A stretch of DNA of 56,749 bases from assembly GCA_963575745.1 (NCBI GenBank), contig CAUYUJ010000071.1, forward strand, positions 62,001 through 118,749, written 5' to 3'. The notes beneath the pieces are model-generated. The model was not told where the DNA came from and did no database searches. It worked only from the letters and a program-made list of their open reading frames with translations. The stretch comes from Prorocentrum cordatum (lineage: Eukaryota). Made by a program: the position numbers and the translations under genes. Every line of letters begins with the position of its first letter. Positions within the stretch are counted from its first letter, which is position 1. Below are positions 55,863 through 56,749 of the stretch, one piece after another.

Positions 55863-56595
55863 TTACTTGAACGCTAGCTTCATGTATCTTGAAATGCCGA
55901 GTAGCTCCAAAAATGCAGCCCTGGCCCCAGAGTCGTCAGTTTTCCGCGTCATGCCACCCCGAGGTTCCGACCACTTCCCCAACACCAACTTTTCACTCGA
56001 CTCGTTTCCGACAGCCCCGCGACCCGGTAAGGGCCCCTGGAGACCGAAAATTGCCTCACCCGTAAGTGTGGTCGCCGGAAGAGCCGCGATGATGTAGGAC
56101 TCGCACTCGTCGGCCTCCTTGCACTTTTTCGAGCAGGCCACCATCAGTTCACCGATCTCTCCTGTGTTTGCGATGTTCGTAGATGAGACGAGAATGTCGC
56201 GCAAATTGGTGCATGCGGTGCACTTCATGACAACAGCTCCATTGATGGTGCCTGCCGCTTTATTTTCATCAACATCAGCACGGTCAGGATCCCAAAAGGC
56301 CTCTCGCGTCGGCACGACTGGTCAACTCCGTCTTGTGCCCAGAGATTTCCGCATGTTTCAGCATGACATGAACAGTAGTCACGGCCGTGATGACGGCGGA
56401 TGTCGTCGCCACGAAGACGGTGAAGAGCACATTGCAAAGCCGAGGGCAGCGAAAACAGTTCATCCTTGACTCGGCGTCCGCTGGCGGCCGGTATTCATCC
56501 TCGAAGGCCGTCGGGCTCTGCCTTGAGGGCACGCTGTGCTAGGAAGCTGTGGCCGGGGCTGTGAGAGCCCAAACTGTGAGCCAAAATTTGGCTCG
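55863..56595 (-). pseudogene. possible processed retrocopy (relic spliced leader plus frameshifted ORF with TM segment and Cys motif)
   Basis: Minus strand GAGCCAAATTTTGGCTCACAG near 56574-56594, then overlapping ORFs 56532-56284 and 56315-55863 with protein-like composition. Confidence 0.4.
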
Positions 56596-56749
56596 AGGAG
56601 AACTGGACCCTAGTGCGCGACGTCAACTTTGGACGGCCTGGTAAAATCGGTTGCGGGGCCTTCCCCAAGGTGCGTTCTAAGCAGAATTCCGAGAGGCCTC
56701 AGTGACGACAAGGGCCCCCCGCAGGCTCCAACAGGCTAAAGACAAACTA

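Overview
Eukaryotic, GC-rich, microsatellite-dense DNA that looks dinoflagellate (GC/GA splice donors, AG|G acceptors, spliced-leader-like sequences). Prorocentrum-like is an inference only. One minus-strand host gene spans most of the window: 8 small exons (55035 down to 11445) join in frame into an RNA-binding protein with three KH domains and an RS-rich tail, and it probably continues past both window edges. Its very large introns hold the following. (1) An apparently intact tyrosine-recombinase (YR) retrotransposon with split direct repeats (33994-40398, minus), encoding a small membrane ORF0, gag-like protein, RT-RNaseH, YR and a degenerate C5-methyltransferase-like domain. (2) A truncated relative of that element (about 42068-43505). 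(3) An intact single-ORF APE-RT-RNaseH LINE (49574-54808), a decayed two-ORF LINE (3240-9917) and a decayed RTE-like LINE (about 25920-29040). (4) MITEs, two Helentron/HINE-like composite repeats, a 91-bp satellite and a probable retrocopy. Most notable: both YR elements carry a 21-nt mimic of the dinoflagellate spliced leader near their 5' end and a Cys-rich transmembrane ORF coupled to gag. The intact one appears to have integrated through an ATGAT core shared between its internal repeat junction and the (GAT)n microsatellite. No database searches were run; family calls rest on motif recognition.
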